Below, piece after piece: positions 35,384 to 43,862 of a stretch of 53,374 bases of DNA. The first letter of the stretch is position 1. Every line of letters starts with the position of its first letter. The stretch comes from a virus (lineage: Duplodnaviria; Caudoviricetes), in the IMG/VR virus record IMGVR_UViG_3300044807_000061, positions 1 to 53,374 of that record, one strand, 5' to 3'. The position numbers and the translations under genes are program-made. The notes under the pieces were generated by a model that saw nothing but the letters and a program-made list of their open reading frames with translations, ran no database searches and was not told the origin of the DNA.

Positions 35384-35626
35384 GTGACGGCACCGCTCCG
35401 GGTCGTCGGGACCCCCGCCTACCGCGCCGACCTCATCCGGCAAGTCCAGGACCTCAACCGCATCAGCGCCGAACACCAGGCCCGCGCCGACGTCATCGGC
35501 GCCGAACGCAAAAGAGCCCTCGCCGAGCTCCGCGCCGACGGGATGACCTATAGCGAGATTGCCCGGGCGACCGGGATGCGGCGTGAAGACGTCCTCCGCA
35601 AGCTCGGCGTCAGGCGCAGCGGATGA
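35384..35626 (+). CDS. Small HTH protein
   Basis: LRADGMTYSEIARATGMRREDV. Confidence 0.7.
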   Translation: MTAPLRVVGTPAYRADLIRQVQDLNRISAEHQARADVIGAERKRALAELRADGMTYSEIARATGMRREDVLRKLGVRRSG

Positions 35627-35973
35627 ACGAACTGCTGCAGCACCTCCGCGAGTACCGCTGGCCCCCCTGCATCGACGAGTACATCCTGCAAGGCGCCGTC
35701 CAGCACCTCCTCCGCGACCTTGAGCTCGAGCACAGCCGCGAAGCCGTCCTGTCACCCAGCGACCGGCCCGACTTCCTCCTCGCCAACGGCACCGTCATCG
35801 AGTGCAAGGTGGCCGGGACCGTCAGCGGCGTCCGGCGGCAGCTCGGCAGGTACATGAGCCACGAGCAGGTCACCGACGTCATCCTGATCACCCGCCGCGC
35901 AGTCCACCTCGCCGTACCGCGCGTCGTCCTCCCCAAGCCGTGCCAGGTCGTGTTCACCGGGGCGGTTTTGTGA
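35623..35973 (+). CDS. PD-(D/E)XK nuclease-like protein
   Basis: RPDFL.....IECK......QLGRY. Confidence 0.7.
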   Translation: MNELLQHLREYRWPPCIDEYILQGAVQHLLRDLELEHSREAVLSPSDRPDFLLANGTVIECKVAGTVSGVRRQLGRYMSHEQVTDVILITRRAVHLAVPRVVLPKPCQVVFTGAVL

Positions 35974-37664
35974 GGACGTACGGCAGCCTCGTCTACGGCC
36001 ACAGCAACGACAGCCCCACCTTCGCGCTCCGCACCGAACCGCACGTCATGATCCGCCTCAAGCGGCTGTTCCCCCGCGCCCAAGGCAGCCGCACCGGGCA
36101 CCTGTTCATCCGGGCGACCCCCGAAGTCGCCCGCGACCTCGAATGGATCCTCGACCGCTGGCCCCTCGACGTCACGCCCGTCGCACGCGACCAGATCAGC
36201 AGCCTCGCCGGCCGGCACCGGCAGACCGAAGACGCCGTCCTCCACATTCTCGAAGGACACCGCCGCAGCCTCCACCTCCAACGAGAACCAGCCCGGCCCG
36301 GCCGCGACTACCAGATCCAAGCCGCCGACATGCTCCTCGCCACCCGCCGGCTCCTCCTCGCCGACGAAGTCGGTCTCGGCAAGACCCAGAGCGCCATCCT
36401 CACCTTCCTCGACCCCGACACGCTCCCCGCCGTCTTCGTCACCCTCACCCACCTCCCCGTCCAGATGCAGCGGGAGATCGCCACCGTCACCCCGTGGCTC
36501 ACCACCCACGTCGCGAAACGCGGCACCCCCTACGACGTCGACACCGACATCCTCATCATCAGCTACTCGAAGCTCGCCGGATGGGTCGAGCACCTCAGCA
36601 AGGCCGACCTCGGGCTCGTCGTCTTCGACGAGATCCAAGAGCTCCGCCGCAACGGCACCAACCGCTACATCGCCGCCGCCCGCATCGCCGACCAAGCCCG
36701 CTATCGACTCGGGCTGTCCGCGACGCCCGTCTACAACTACGGCGACGAGGCCCACAACGTCTTCAGCATCCTCGCGCCCGACCTCCTCGGCGACCGCAGC
36801 GAGTTCCTCCGCGAATGGGGCGGACGCTCCACCTACGGCGGCAACACCCTCGTGTCCGACCCCACCGCCCTCGGCGCCTACCTCCGCGACCAGGGCCTCA
36901 TGCTGCGCCGGACCCGCGCCGACGTCGGCCGGCAACTCCCCGACGTCGTCCGCGTCACCCAGCCCGTCGACGCGGACCTGAGCAAACTCGACGAGGTCCA
37001 GGTCGAAGTCGAAGACCTCGCCCGCCGCCTCATCGACGGGCCCTCGGACGAACGCTTCCAGGCCGCCGGGGAGATGGAGTGGAAGCTCCGGAAGGCCACC
37101 GGGGAGGCGAAGGCGCCGTACGTCGCCGCGTTCGTCCGGATGCTCCTCGACAGCGAACCGAAGATCGTCCTGTACGGCTGGCACCGCGACGTCTACGACC
37201 GCTGGCTCACGCTCCTGGCCGAGTTCCAGCCGCGGCTCTACACCGGCACCGAGAACCCCAGGCAGAAGCAGCTCGCCGCCGACGCGTTCATCGACGGTGA
37301 CAGCCGCCTCCTCATCGTGAGCCTCCGCTCGGGTGCCGGGCTCGACGGGCTGCAGAAGGCCGCCCGCGTCTGCGTCTTCGGTGAGCTCGACTGGTCCCCC
37401 GGCATCCATCACCAGTGCGAAGGCCGGTTGCACCGCGACGGGCAGCCCGATCCGGTCGTCGCCTACTACCTCACCGCGGATGTCGGGTCGGACCCGACGG
37501 TGATGGAGGTCCTCGGCGTGAAGCGGGGGCAGGCCGAACCGATGCTCGACCCGAACATCAAGACGGTCGCGGTGCCCGATCAGAGCGCCGCCAGGATGCG
37601 GCGGCTCGCGGAGAGCTACCTCGACCGGCAACGCCGCCATCCCAGTCAGGCGGCGCTCGCATGA
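35970..37664 (+). CDS. SNF2-family helicase
   Basis: RDYQ, LADEVGLGKT, FDEIQ, LSATP, QCEGRLHRDGQ. Confidence 0.92.
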   Translation: MRTYGSLVYGHSNDSPTFALRTEPHVMIRLKRLFPRAQGSRTGHLFIRATPEVARDLEWILDRWPLDVTPVARDQISSLAGRHRQTEDAVLHILEGHRRSLHLQREPARPGRDYQIQAADMLLATRRLLLADEVGLGKTQSAILTFLDPDTLPAVFVTLTHLPVQMQREIATVTPWLTTHVAKRGTPYDVDTDILIISYSKLAGWVEHLSKADLGLVVFDEIQELRRNGTNRYIAAARIADQARYRLGLSATPVYNYGDEAHNVFSILAPDLLGDRSEFLREWGGRSTYGGNTLVSDPTALGAYLRDQGLMLRRTRADVGRQLPDVVRVTQPVDADLSKLDEVQVEVEDLARRLIDGPSDERFQAAGEMEWKLRKATGEAKAPYVAAFVRMLLDSEPKIVLYGWHRDVYDRWLTLLAEFQPRLYTGTENPRQKQLAADAFIDGDSRLLIVSLRSGAGLDGLQKAARVCVFGELDWSPGIHHQCEGRLHRDGQPDPVVAYYLTADVGSDPTVMEVLGVKRGQAEPMLDPNIKTVAVPDQSAARMRRLAESYLDRQRRHPSQAALA

Positions 37665-38767
37665 CCAAGCTGACGTGTCCATCGTGTGGCTTCACGACCG
37701 CCCCCACGACTCTCGCCCGCGCTGAGTACGGCCTCAGCCAGCACAGCTGCGAACGGTACCGAACGAAGATCGCCGCCAAAGCCCGCGGTGAGGACCGCGC
37801 CCGCATCGACCGGACCCCGAAGCCGTGCCTGCACAAGGAAGCCCAGCACCAGCACGGCACCCACGCCTGCTACGTCCTCGACCGCTGCCGCTGCATCCCC
37901 TGCAAGACCGCGAACACGGCGTACGAACGCAGCCGGAACCGGCTGACCGCCTACGGCCGATGGCAGCCGCATGTGGACGCAGGACCGGTCCGCGCTCACG
38001 TCCAGGACCTCCAGAACGCTGGCCTCGGGCTCAAGCGCATCGCTGTGCTGTCCGGCGTGTCCAACGGTGCCCTGTCGAAGCTCATGTACGGCAAGCGGCA
38101 GCCCGACGGGACCCAGGTACCCAGCGTGCAGGTCCGCACCGACACCGCCGTCAAGCTGTTCCGCGTCACCGCCCACCCTGACCTGCTCGGGCAGACCGTG
38201 TGCATCCCCAGCAGCGGCACCATCCGGCGCCTCCAGGCCCTCGTCGCCGCCGGCTGGTCTCAGAGCAAGCTAGCCCGCGAGCTCGGGATGAATCCGAGCA
38301 ACTTCACCGGCGTAATGGTCCGGCCTGAATGCCAGACCCGTACTGCCCGAGCCGTCAGCGACCTCTACGAGCGGCTAGCGCCAGTGCCGCCGCCCGAGGA
38401 CAGCCACCGCGACCGGATCGCAGCCTCCCGCGCCCGCAACCGTGCCTCAGCCGCCGGCTGGCCGCCGCCGCTCTGGTGGGATCCCGAGGACCTCGACGAC
38501 CCCACCTTCAGCGAGCACCTCCGCTACCTCAACGTGGAATCGAGAAGGAGCCATCACGACGTCGACCCGGTCGCCGTCGAGGAGGCGATTCGGGGGAACA
38601 CGACCGTCACGCTGACGATCGCCGAGCGCCGTGAGGTCATCCGCCACCTCCATGCGCTCGGCCTCAATGACCAAGACATCCAACGCCGCACCGGCATCAC
38701 CGACCGAACCTGCGTCCGGATTCGCCGCGAGCTCGACCTCCCTGCCAACCGAGCAGGAGCCGCATGA
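37661..38767 (+). CDS. Zn-finger plus multi-HTH DNA-binding protein (related to 29229-30041)
   Basis: HGT..CY...CRC.PC; RRLQALVAAGWS; C-terminal LNDQDI...GITDRT..RIR. Confidence 0.8.
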   Translation: MTKLTCPSCGFTTAPTTLARAEYGLSQHSCERYRTKIAAKARGEDRARIDRTPKPCLHKEAQHQHGTHACYVLDRCRCIPCKTANTAYERSRNRLTAYGRWQPHVDAGPVRAHVQDLQNAGLGLKRIAVLSGVSNGALSKLMYGKRQPDGTQVPSVQVRTDTAVKLFRVTAHPDLLGQTVCIPSSGTIRRLQALVAAGWSQSKLARELGMNPSNFTGVMVRPECQTRTARAVSDLYERLAPVPPPEDSHRDRIAASRARNRASAAGWPPPLWWDPEDLDDPTFSEHLRYLNVESRRSHHDVDPVAVEEAIRGNTTVTLTIAERREVIRHLHALGLNDQDIQRRTGITDRTCVRIRRELDLPANRAGAA

Positions 38768-38813
38768 CACCCCCCAGCGCCACCATCCCCCCTGACCCGA
38801 AGGAGGCCGTCTA

Positions 38814-39644
38814 GTGGCCCGCGACCACGCCCGGATCGGAACGTCCATCTGGCGAGAGGACAGCATCCGCAACCTCACCCGGCTCCAGCAGCAGGCCTAC
38901 CTCCTCGTCCTCTCCCAAGACGACCTCAGCCGCTGCGGCGTCCTCGCCTACCGGCCCCGCCGCTGGGCCCAGACCAGCAGCGACGGCACCGAGAAGGCCC
39001 TCCGCCGCGACTTCGCCGGCCTAGTCCAGTCCCGGCACGTCGTCATCGACGAAGAGACCGAGGAGCTGTTCGCCCGCACCTACGTCCGGCACGACCGGAT
39101 CCTCGCCCAGCCGCTCGTCGTCGCGGCCCTCGTCAACGACTTCCCGATGATCGCCAGCCCCACCATCCGGCTCGCGTTCCTCCGCGAGATGCGCCGCCTC
39201 TGGAGCCTGCTCGACCTCCCCGAAGGGGAACGCGGCGGGTGGCTCCTCGCCTTCGGGCAGTACCCGCAAGCCGCCCAGAGGGACACCAAGCCGGTCTGGC
39301 CGCACACGCAGTCGCCGCCCGCCCTGGCGAAGCTGGAGAAGGCCGTCAAGGGTGGTCTGCTCGGCCCGATGGTCGCGTCCATCTGCGCCGACGAGGTCGA
39401 ACCCTTCTGGGAAGGCTCACCCGAAGGCATTCCCCAAGGCTTTCCCGAAGCCTCTGCCAGACCCTCTCCCAGACCCACCGGGGATACGCATGCGCGCGCA
39501 GGTGCCCCTACCCCAACCCCGTCCCCTACCCCAGCCCCGAGCCCCATCCCCCTCACGGCGGCTGACGCCGCCAGTTCGTCCCTCACCGACGATGAGAGCG
39601 AAGCTGCAGTAGACGTACCGCGCGCAGCCCGACGACTCGCATGA
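38814..39644 (+). CDS. Putative replication initiator
   Basis: RBS aggagg; MARDHARI..SIW...L...Q..YL..LSQ..LS..G pattern; internal 12-bp repeats. Confidence 0.7.
   Translation: MARDHARIGTSIWREDSIRNLTRLQQQAYLLVLSQDDLSRCGVLAYRPRRWAQTSSDGTEKALRRDFAGLVQSRHVVIDEETEELFARTYVRHDRILAQPLVVAALVNDFPMIASPTIRLAFLREMRRLWSLLDLPEGERGGWLLAFGQYPQAAQRDTKPVWPHTQSPPALAKLEKAVKGGLLGPMVASICADEVEPFWEGSPEGIPQGFPEASARPSPRPTGDTHARAGAPTPTPSPTPAPSPIPLTAADAASSSLTDDESEAAVDVPRAARRLA
39399..39482 (+). repeat. Degenerate 12-bp tandem repeats (candidate iterons / origin)
   Basis: gaacccttctgg gaaggctcaccc gaaggcattccc caaggctttccc gaagcctctgcc agaccctctccc agacccaccggg. Confidence 0.55.
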
Positions 39645-40081
39645 CCGCCCTCGACCGGCACATCGACATGCCGAAAACCCGACCCCCGCTCCGCCACCGC
39701 CTCGTCGCCCTCGACGGCACCCACATCCGCTGCATCGACTGCCAGCAGACCCTCGACGTCGCCAACCTCCGCCCCCCCAAGCAGCCCGCCGGGACCGTCG
39801 CGCCACGCGACCCGCTCCCCGAGCAGACCTGCCCCAAGCACCCCGGCGAGTTCACCGGCGCCTGCCGCAGCTGCGCCGCCGACCGCCTCGAACGCAAACC
39901 CGACGACCCCCCGCCCGTCAGCCAGGTCCGCAACGGGGCCGACCCGAGCACCGTCCCCGAGTGGCAAGCCGCCAAGGCCGAGCTCGCCGCACGAGAAGCC
40001 CAACGCCGCCGCCAGCAACGCCAGCCCATGTCACCCCCCAGCCCCACGCTGGACACCGAACCGCAGGAGGCCACCCCGTGA
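39641..40081 (+). CDS. Zn-finger hypothetical protein
   Basis: CIDC; CPKH......CRSC. Confidence 0.65.
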   Translation: MTALDRHIDMPKTRPPLRHRLVALDGTHIRCIDCQQTLDVANLRPPKQPAGTVAPRDPLPEQTCPKHPGEFTGACRSCAADRLERKPDDPPPVSQVRNGADPSTVPEWQAAKAELAAREAQRRRQQRQPMSPPSPTLDTEPQEATP

Positions 40082-40338
40082 CGACGATCAGCGAGCAACC
40101 AGGCGCGCCCCGTCTCCCCCTGTGGCCCGACTCGTCCCGCGCCCCCAGCAGCACCCTCACCGCCATCGCCAGCAGCCTCGACCGCGAAGCCCAACACCAC
40201 GAACGGCAAGCCAAGGAGCACGAGTCCCAGGCCCGAGACCACCGCGAGGCAGCGCAAGCCTGCATCCGCAGCGCCGAGCAGCACCGCACCGCCGCCGCCA
40301 GCCTCCCAACCACCATCGACCTCACCAGCCCCCGCTGA
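40078..40338 (+). CDS. Coiled-coil hypothetical protein
   Basis: RBS aggagg. Confidence 0.6.
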   Translation: MTTISEQPGAPRLPLWPDSSRAPSSTLTAIASSLDREAQHHERQAKEHESQARDHREAAQACIRSAEQHRTAAASLPTTIDLTSPR

Positions 40339-40826
40339 TGGCCAAGACCACCCCGCTCACCATCGGGAAGCGCACCTACACCGACGAGCAGAAGACCGAA
40401 GCCCTCGCGCTCTACCGCGAGCACGGCCCCGCCGAAGCAGCACGCCGCACAGGCATCCCCACCAAGACCATCGCGAGCTGGGCACGCCGGACCGGCGAGC
40501 AGATGGATGCGGAGACTCCCGCCCGGCTGCTCCTGGCTGCAACGGTTGCATCCCTTGCAGCAGCGGAGAAGCGCGCGAAGATCGCCGACGCCATGTGGGA
40601 CAAGCTCGCGGAGAGCCTCGACCGGCTCGGCAAGGACAGCACCGCGAACGCGCAGGAAGCGCGGGTCATCACGGTCCTGGCCGAGAAGGCGCAGCTGCTG
40701 ACTGGTGGCGCGACGACCAGGGTCGAGGTCGGGGACGTGGCGACGCCGGATGGCCGGTTGGCGACGGTCCACAACCTGCGGGATGCGGTGCAGCGCAGGG
40801 GTGAGCGGGCGGAGGACACGGGATGA
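40338..40826 (+). CDS. Putative terminase small subunit (N-terminal HTH)
   Basis: YTDEQKTEALAL...AEAARRTGIPTKTIASW; C-terminal KAQLLTGGATTRVE. Confidence 0.55.
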   Translation: MAKTTPLTIGKRTYTDEQKTEALALYREHGPAEAARRTGIPTKTIASWARRTGEQMDAETPARLLLAATVASLAAAEKRAKIADAMWDKLAESLDRLGKDSTANAQEARVITVLAEKAQLLTGGATTRVEVGDVATPDGRLATVHNLRDAVQRRGERAEDTG

Positions 40827-41107
40827 GCGGGTTCCTGCTCGGGTTCGTGACGGGCGCCGTGCTGCTCGGGACGGTGCTGGTCGTGTTCGGTGTGCTGCGC
40901 CGGCACCCGGCCCGGCCCACGGCGCTGGCTGTGGTTGGTGAGGGTCCGGAGCTGGTCCGCGCGCACCCCCGCTCCTGCCACTGCCGCGGCACCGGCGTCG
41001 TCGACCCGACAGCGAGCCCAACGAGGCCGTGCCCAGTCGTGTGGCGGCCCCGCGTGCTCATCGTCCCGGACCGGGTCGGCCGTGTCCCTCGAGCAGGCAC
41101 CCGATGA
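40823..41107 (+). CDS. Membrane protein
   Basis: N-terminal TM segment. Confidence 0.55.
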   Translation: MSGFLLGFVTGAVLLGTVLVVFGVLRRHPARPTALAVVGEGPELVRAHPRSCHCRGTGVVDPTASPTRPCPVVWRPRVLIVPDRVGRVPRAGTR

Positions 41108-41328
41108 CGGTCGTCGACTGCACCACGATCATCGAGCGCCTCGCGAGCCTCGACCTCAGCGGCGGCGCGACGACCCGGGAGCGCCGCAACGCCCGTCGCG
41201 TCTTCCACCGCCTCGCTGAGCAGCTCCCGGCCGGGACGGTCGAGCGTGCGTGGGACCTGGACCTGCTGACGGTCGAGCAGCACGACGCGGCGGTCCGCTG
41301 GCGCCGCAGCCAAGGCCTCGAACCATGA
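41104..41328 (+). CDS. Hypothetical protein
   Basis: Coupled ORF. Confidence 0.55.
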   Translation: MTVVDCTTIIERLASLDLSGGATTRERRNARRVFHRLAEQLPAGTVERAWDLDLLTVEQHDAAVRWRRSQGLEP

Positions 41329-41359
41329 CGGTGTCGGTAGCCGTGCGGACGATCAGCGC

Positions 41360-41782
41360 ATGAGCCAGATGCAGCAGACCTGCCCCTACCCGCAGGTCCT
41401 CGACGACCTCGTCTCGCGGCTGACCTACCGGCCCGGCTGGCAGGTCCGGCTCGAGGACCTCGACCGCGGCCAGGGCAGCACAGGCCTGACCCTGATCATC
41501 ACGACCGTCGGCTACGACAGCTACCACCCGGACCGTGGCCAGACCTACCGGGTGCAGCACTTCATGCCGGTCCCGCCCGCCGCCTACGACGAGCGGTCAT
41601 GGCGACGCTGGCTGCTGGACCAGTTCCTGCTGGTCGAGCGGCACGAGGCGTGCGAGTTCTTCACCATCGACGGCGAGAAGCCCTACGCGCCGCACCACGG
41701 ACCAGGGAACGACCCGTACATCGTGTTCGACCACGGCACTGCGGATGACGTGGCGACGTCGTACCTGGGCGTCCGGACGTGA
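41360..41782 (+). CDS. Hypothetical protein
   Basis: YRPGW...VERHEACEFF...PHHGPG. Confidence 0.75.
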   Translation: MSQMQQTCPYPQVLDDLVSRLTYRPGWQVRLEDLDRGQGSTGLTLIITTVGYDSYHPDRGQTYRVQHFMPVPPAAYDERSWRRWLLDQFLLVERHEACEFFTIDGEKPYAPHHGPGNDPYIVFDHGTADDVATSYLGVRT

Positions 41783-42210
41783 CACCCAGGCAGGCGTACG
41801 CGCTCGCTCACCCGATCGGCCGCGCCGACGGCTCAGCCCTCACGATGCGGCCGTACCTGGCCAGCCGCCGGCACCCGACCGGCGTCATCCTCAAGAGCAT
41901 CCTGGCGGTGGACCGTTGACAACGTCTGAACGCCGGCCAGCCCGTGTGGCACGTGTCGGTGAGCGCCTGGTCAGGCGCCCAAGGGGAACGCAGGTCGCGG
42001 GCGCCGCAGCTCGTCGAGCGGGAAGCTGTGAAGCTCCTCCGCGGTGTGGGTGGCGACGTCGAGTGGTGGCTCCACAACGACAAGGCCGCCGGCTTGCCGG
42101 TCGGGCATCTGCGGGTCCCGCTCACGCCTGGGGAGGTCGCGGTGCTGCCCGCGGGGTGTGCGCTGCACGACGCGGGCGAGTCCGGTCCCGAGCGGCCACG
42201 CACGCGGTGA
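41779..42210 (+). pseudogene. Hypothetical gene interrupted by in-frame TGA (41917-41919)
   Basis: GTGA-coupled start; same frame continues past the TGA to 42210. Confidence 0.55.
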
Positions 42211-42214
42211 GCCG

Positions 42215-42400
42215 ATGAGCCGCCGCGGCCCCGCCGATGACGCGTTCGAGGTGACCTGCGCCATCCTCGTCCCCCTCCTCACCGTCGCCTTCTGGACCTT
42301 CTGCGCCCTCGCCTGCGCAACCCCCGGCGACGACCCGTACGGCGACCTCGCCGTCTTCACGTTCGTCGCCGCCATCACGCTGCTGGTGATCGTCCAGTGA
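42215..42400 (+). CDS. Small two-TM membrane protein
   Basis: Two hydrophobic segments. Confidence 0.55.
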   Translation: MSRRGPADDAFEVTCAILVPLLTVAFWTFCALACATPGDDPYGDLAVFTFVAAITLLVIVQ

Positions 42401-42672
42401 GCCTCGTCGACGACCGGATCGTCCTGCCCCTCACCAAGACCCGGCAGGCCGCGCACCTCCTCTGCCAGACCGTGTGTGCCGGCCGGGCGCATCACCGGTC
42501 GTGCCTGATCCCGGACCTCGCCCGCCGTGAGCTGCTCCTGACCGGCCCGGACCTGACGGATGTGGTCCTGCCGGACTGCCGCGACGAGAAGTGCGTCGCC
42601 TGCACCGGCTGCGCACACGCCTGCCATCGGCACCACAACCGGCCGACCGCCGTCGTACCGTCAACGTCATGA
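42397..42672 (+). CDS. Cys/His-rich hypothetical protein
   Basis: CRDEKCVAC.GC.H.CH. Confidence 0.55.
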   Translation: MSLVDDRIVLPLTKTRQAAHLLCQTVCAGRAHHRSCLIPDLARRELLLTGPDLTDVVLPDCRDEKCVACTGCAHACHRHHNRPTAVVPSTS

Positions 42673-43016
42673 GCAACACCGGGACCGTGGAGGCCGGTGC
42701 GTGCCGTACCTGCACCCACTGGAAGCCGCCGCCGTTCGACGACTGGTCATTGTCGATACGCCTCACTCGCCTTCCAGATGAGGCGGCCGGCGACGAGTAC
42801 CACTGGGACAGCGCCCACAACGAGCGGGTACGTCGCGCCGAGCAGCAGTACGGGCAGTGCCAAGCCATCGGCCTTCTGGATAGCGACGAGGCCTATGAGG
42901 AGCGCGCGCTCCCACCAGCATTCACGCAGGACGCGAGCAACTACAGGGCCGCGCTCTACACCCGCGCCGAGTTCGGATGCACCATGCACGAGGCGCGTGA
43001 GGACCGTCCCACGTGA
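42669..43016 (+). CDS. Hypothetical protein
   Basis: CRTCTHW...GQC...FGCTMH. Confidence 0.65.
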   Translation: MSNTGTVEAGACRTCTHWKPPPFDDWSLSIRLTRLPDEAAGDEYHWDSAHNERVRRAEQQYGQCQAIGLLDSDEAYEERALPPAFTQDASNYRAALYTRAEFGCTMHEAREDRPT

Positions 43017-43192
43017 GCTGCGTCTGGTTCCTGCCGCTCGGCGCTGAGCCCATCGCGCGCCGCGGTGAGGAGCTGGTCTATGCGACCGAGGACGGCGTCG
43101 GACAGGCACAGCCGCTGGGCGGCGTCGACGTTGCCCTGCCATGGCGGGCACAGGACCTCGAGGTCATCCCGCCACGTGAGGGCAAGTCGTGA
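43013..43192 (+). CDS. Hypothetical protein (59 aa)
   Basis: Read manually; coupled start. Confidence 0.4.
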   Translation: MSCVWFLPLGAEPIARRGEELVYATEDGVGQAQPLGGVDVALPWRAQDLEVIPPREGKS

Positions 43193-43195
43193 GTC

Positions 43196-43378
43196 GTGGC
43201 TGACCGCGGTGCGTGCGTCGGCCGCGCCTACCTCGAGCGCGGCCAGCCGGTGACGGTCGAGCGGGGCTGGCGCGGCAAGGGCCCCCGCAACGTCCTCATC
43301 CGACGCGCCGACGGCAGCCGCGTCGTCCGGCCCTTCCGAGGCCTCCGTCGCACACCGGTGGCACCCTCCAGCACGTGA
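43196..43378 (+). CDS. Small basic hypothetical protein
   Basis: YLERGQPVTV...PRNVLIRRADGSRVVRPFRGLR. Confidence 0.6.
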   Translation: MADRGACVGRAYLERGQPVTVERGWRGKGPRNVLIRRADGSRVVRPFRGLRRTPVAPSST

Positions 43379-43580
43379 CGGCCATGGCGGTCCTGCTCGT
43401 GCTCTGCACGATGCTCGCCGTCGTGCTCCTGGTGCACGCGGCACCCACAGCAAGGAGCGGCCGTCGCCTCTCCCTCGGGAGCAGCGCCCCTGCCCGCGAC
43501 GAGCGGCTGTGGTGGCCAGAACCGGACGCTCCCGTACCTCGACGCGACGCCCGCGCGCACAACCCCGAACACTTGACGAG

Positions 43581-43609
43581 ACGCCCTCGGCCTCACCAGC
43601 CGGGGGCGC
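43581..43609 (+). terminator. Stem-loop at the end of the early/middle region
   Basis: cgccctcggc / gccgggggcg stem. Confidence 0.4.
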
Positions 43610-43649
43610 CGTCACGTCCGGAAGCGCCCGTTTCGTTGTTTCACGTGGA

Positions 43650-43677
43650 TCGTGCCGTGTCCCGCTGCACACTGGAC
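43650..43677 (+). promoter_or_regulatory. GTCC-N11-GGAC element; putative leaderless late promoter of the terminase operon
   Basis: CACACT 6 nt before ATG 43680; 26/28 identical to 738-765. Confidence 0.7.
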
Positions 43678-43679
43678 GC

Positions 43680-43862
43680 ATGCGGACGCGCGACGACGTC
43701 GAGAAGGAGATGCTCGACGCCCTCGCCGACGCCTACCGATGCGACGAAGCCGACGACGAGGTCGGCGCCGAGTTCGCCCGCGAGACCCTGTGCCGGCTCG
43801 GCGACGAGTGGCCCACCATCCCGCAGACCATCCCGCAGCAGCGACCAGCCGCAGAGGCATGA
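43680..43862 (+). CDS. Small acidic hypothetical protein (60 aa)
   Basis: Apparent leaderless ATG; overlaps terminase start. Confidence 0.6.
   Translation: MRTRDDVEKEMLDALADAYRCDEADDEVGAEFARETLCRLGDEWPTIPQTIPQQRPAAEA

Noticed and set aside
35610-37682. Long minus-strand ORFs (also 46120-47805, 25576-26847, 12688-13920, 1003-2421)
   Set aside because: Antisense shadows of well-supported genes, expected in high-GC DNA; no recognisable motifs
41917-41919. Selenocysteine codon
   Set aside because: No convincing SECIS-like hairpin or redox motif around the TGA
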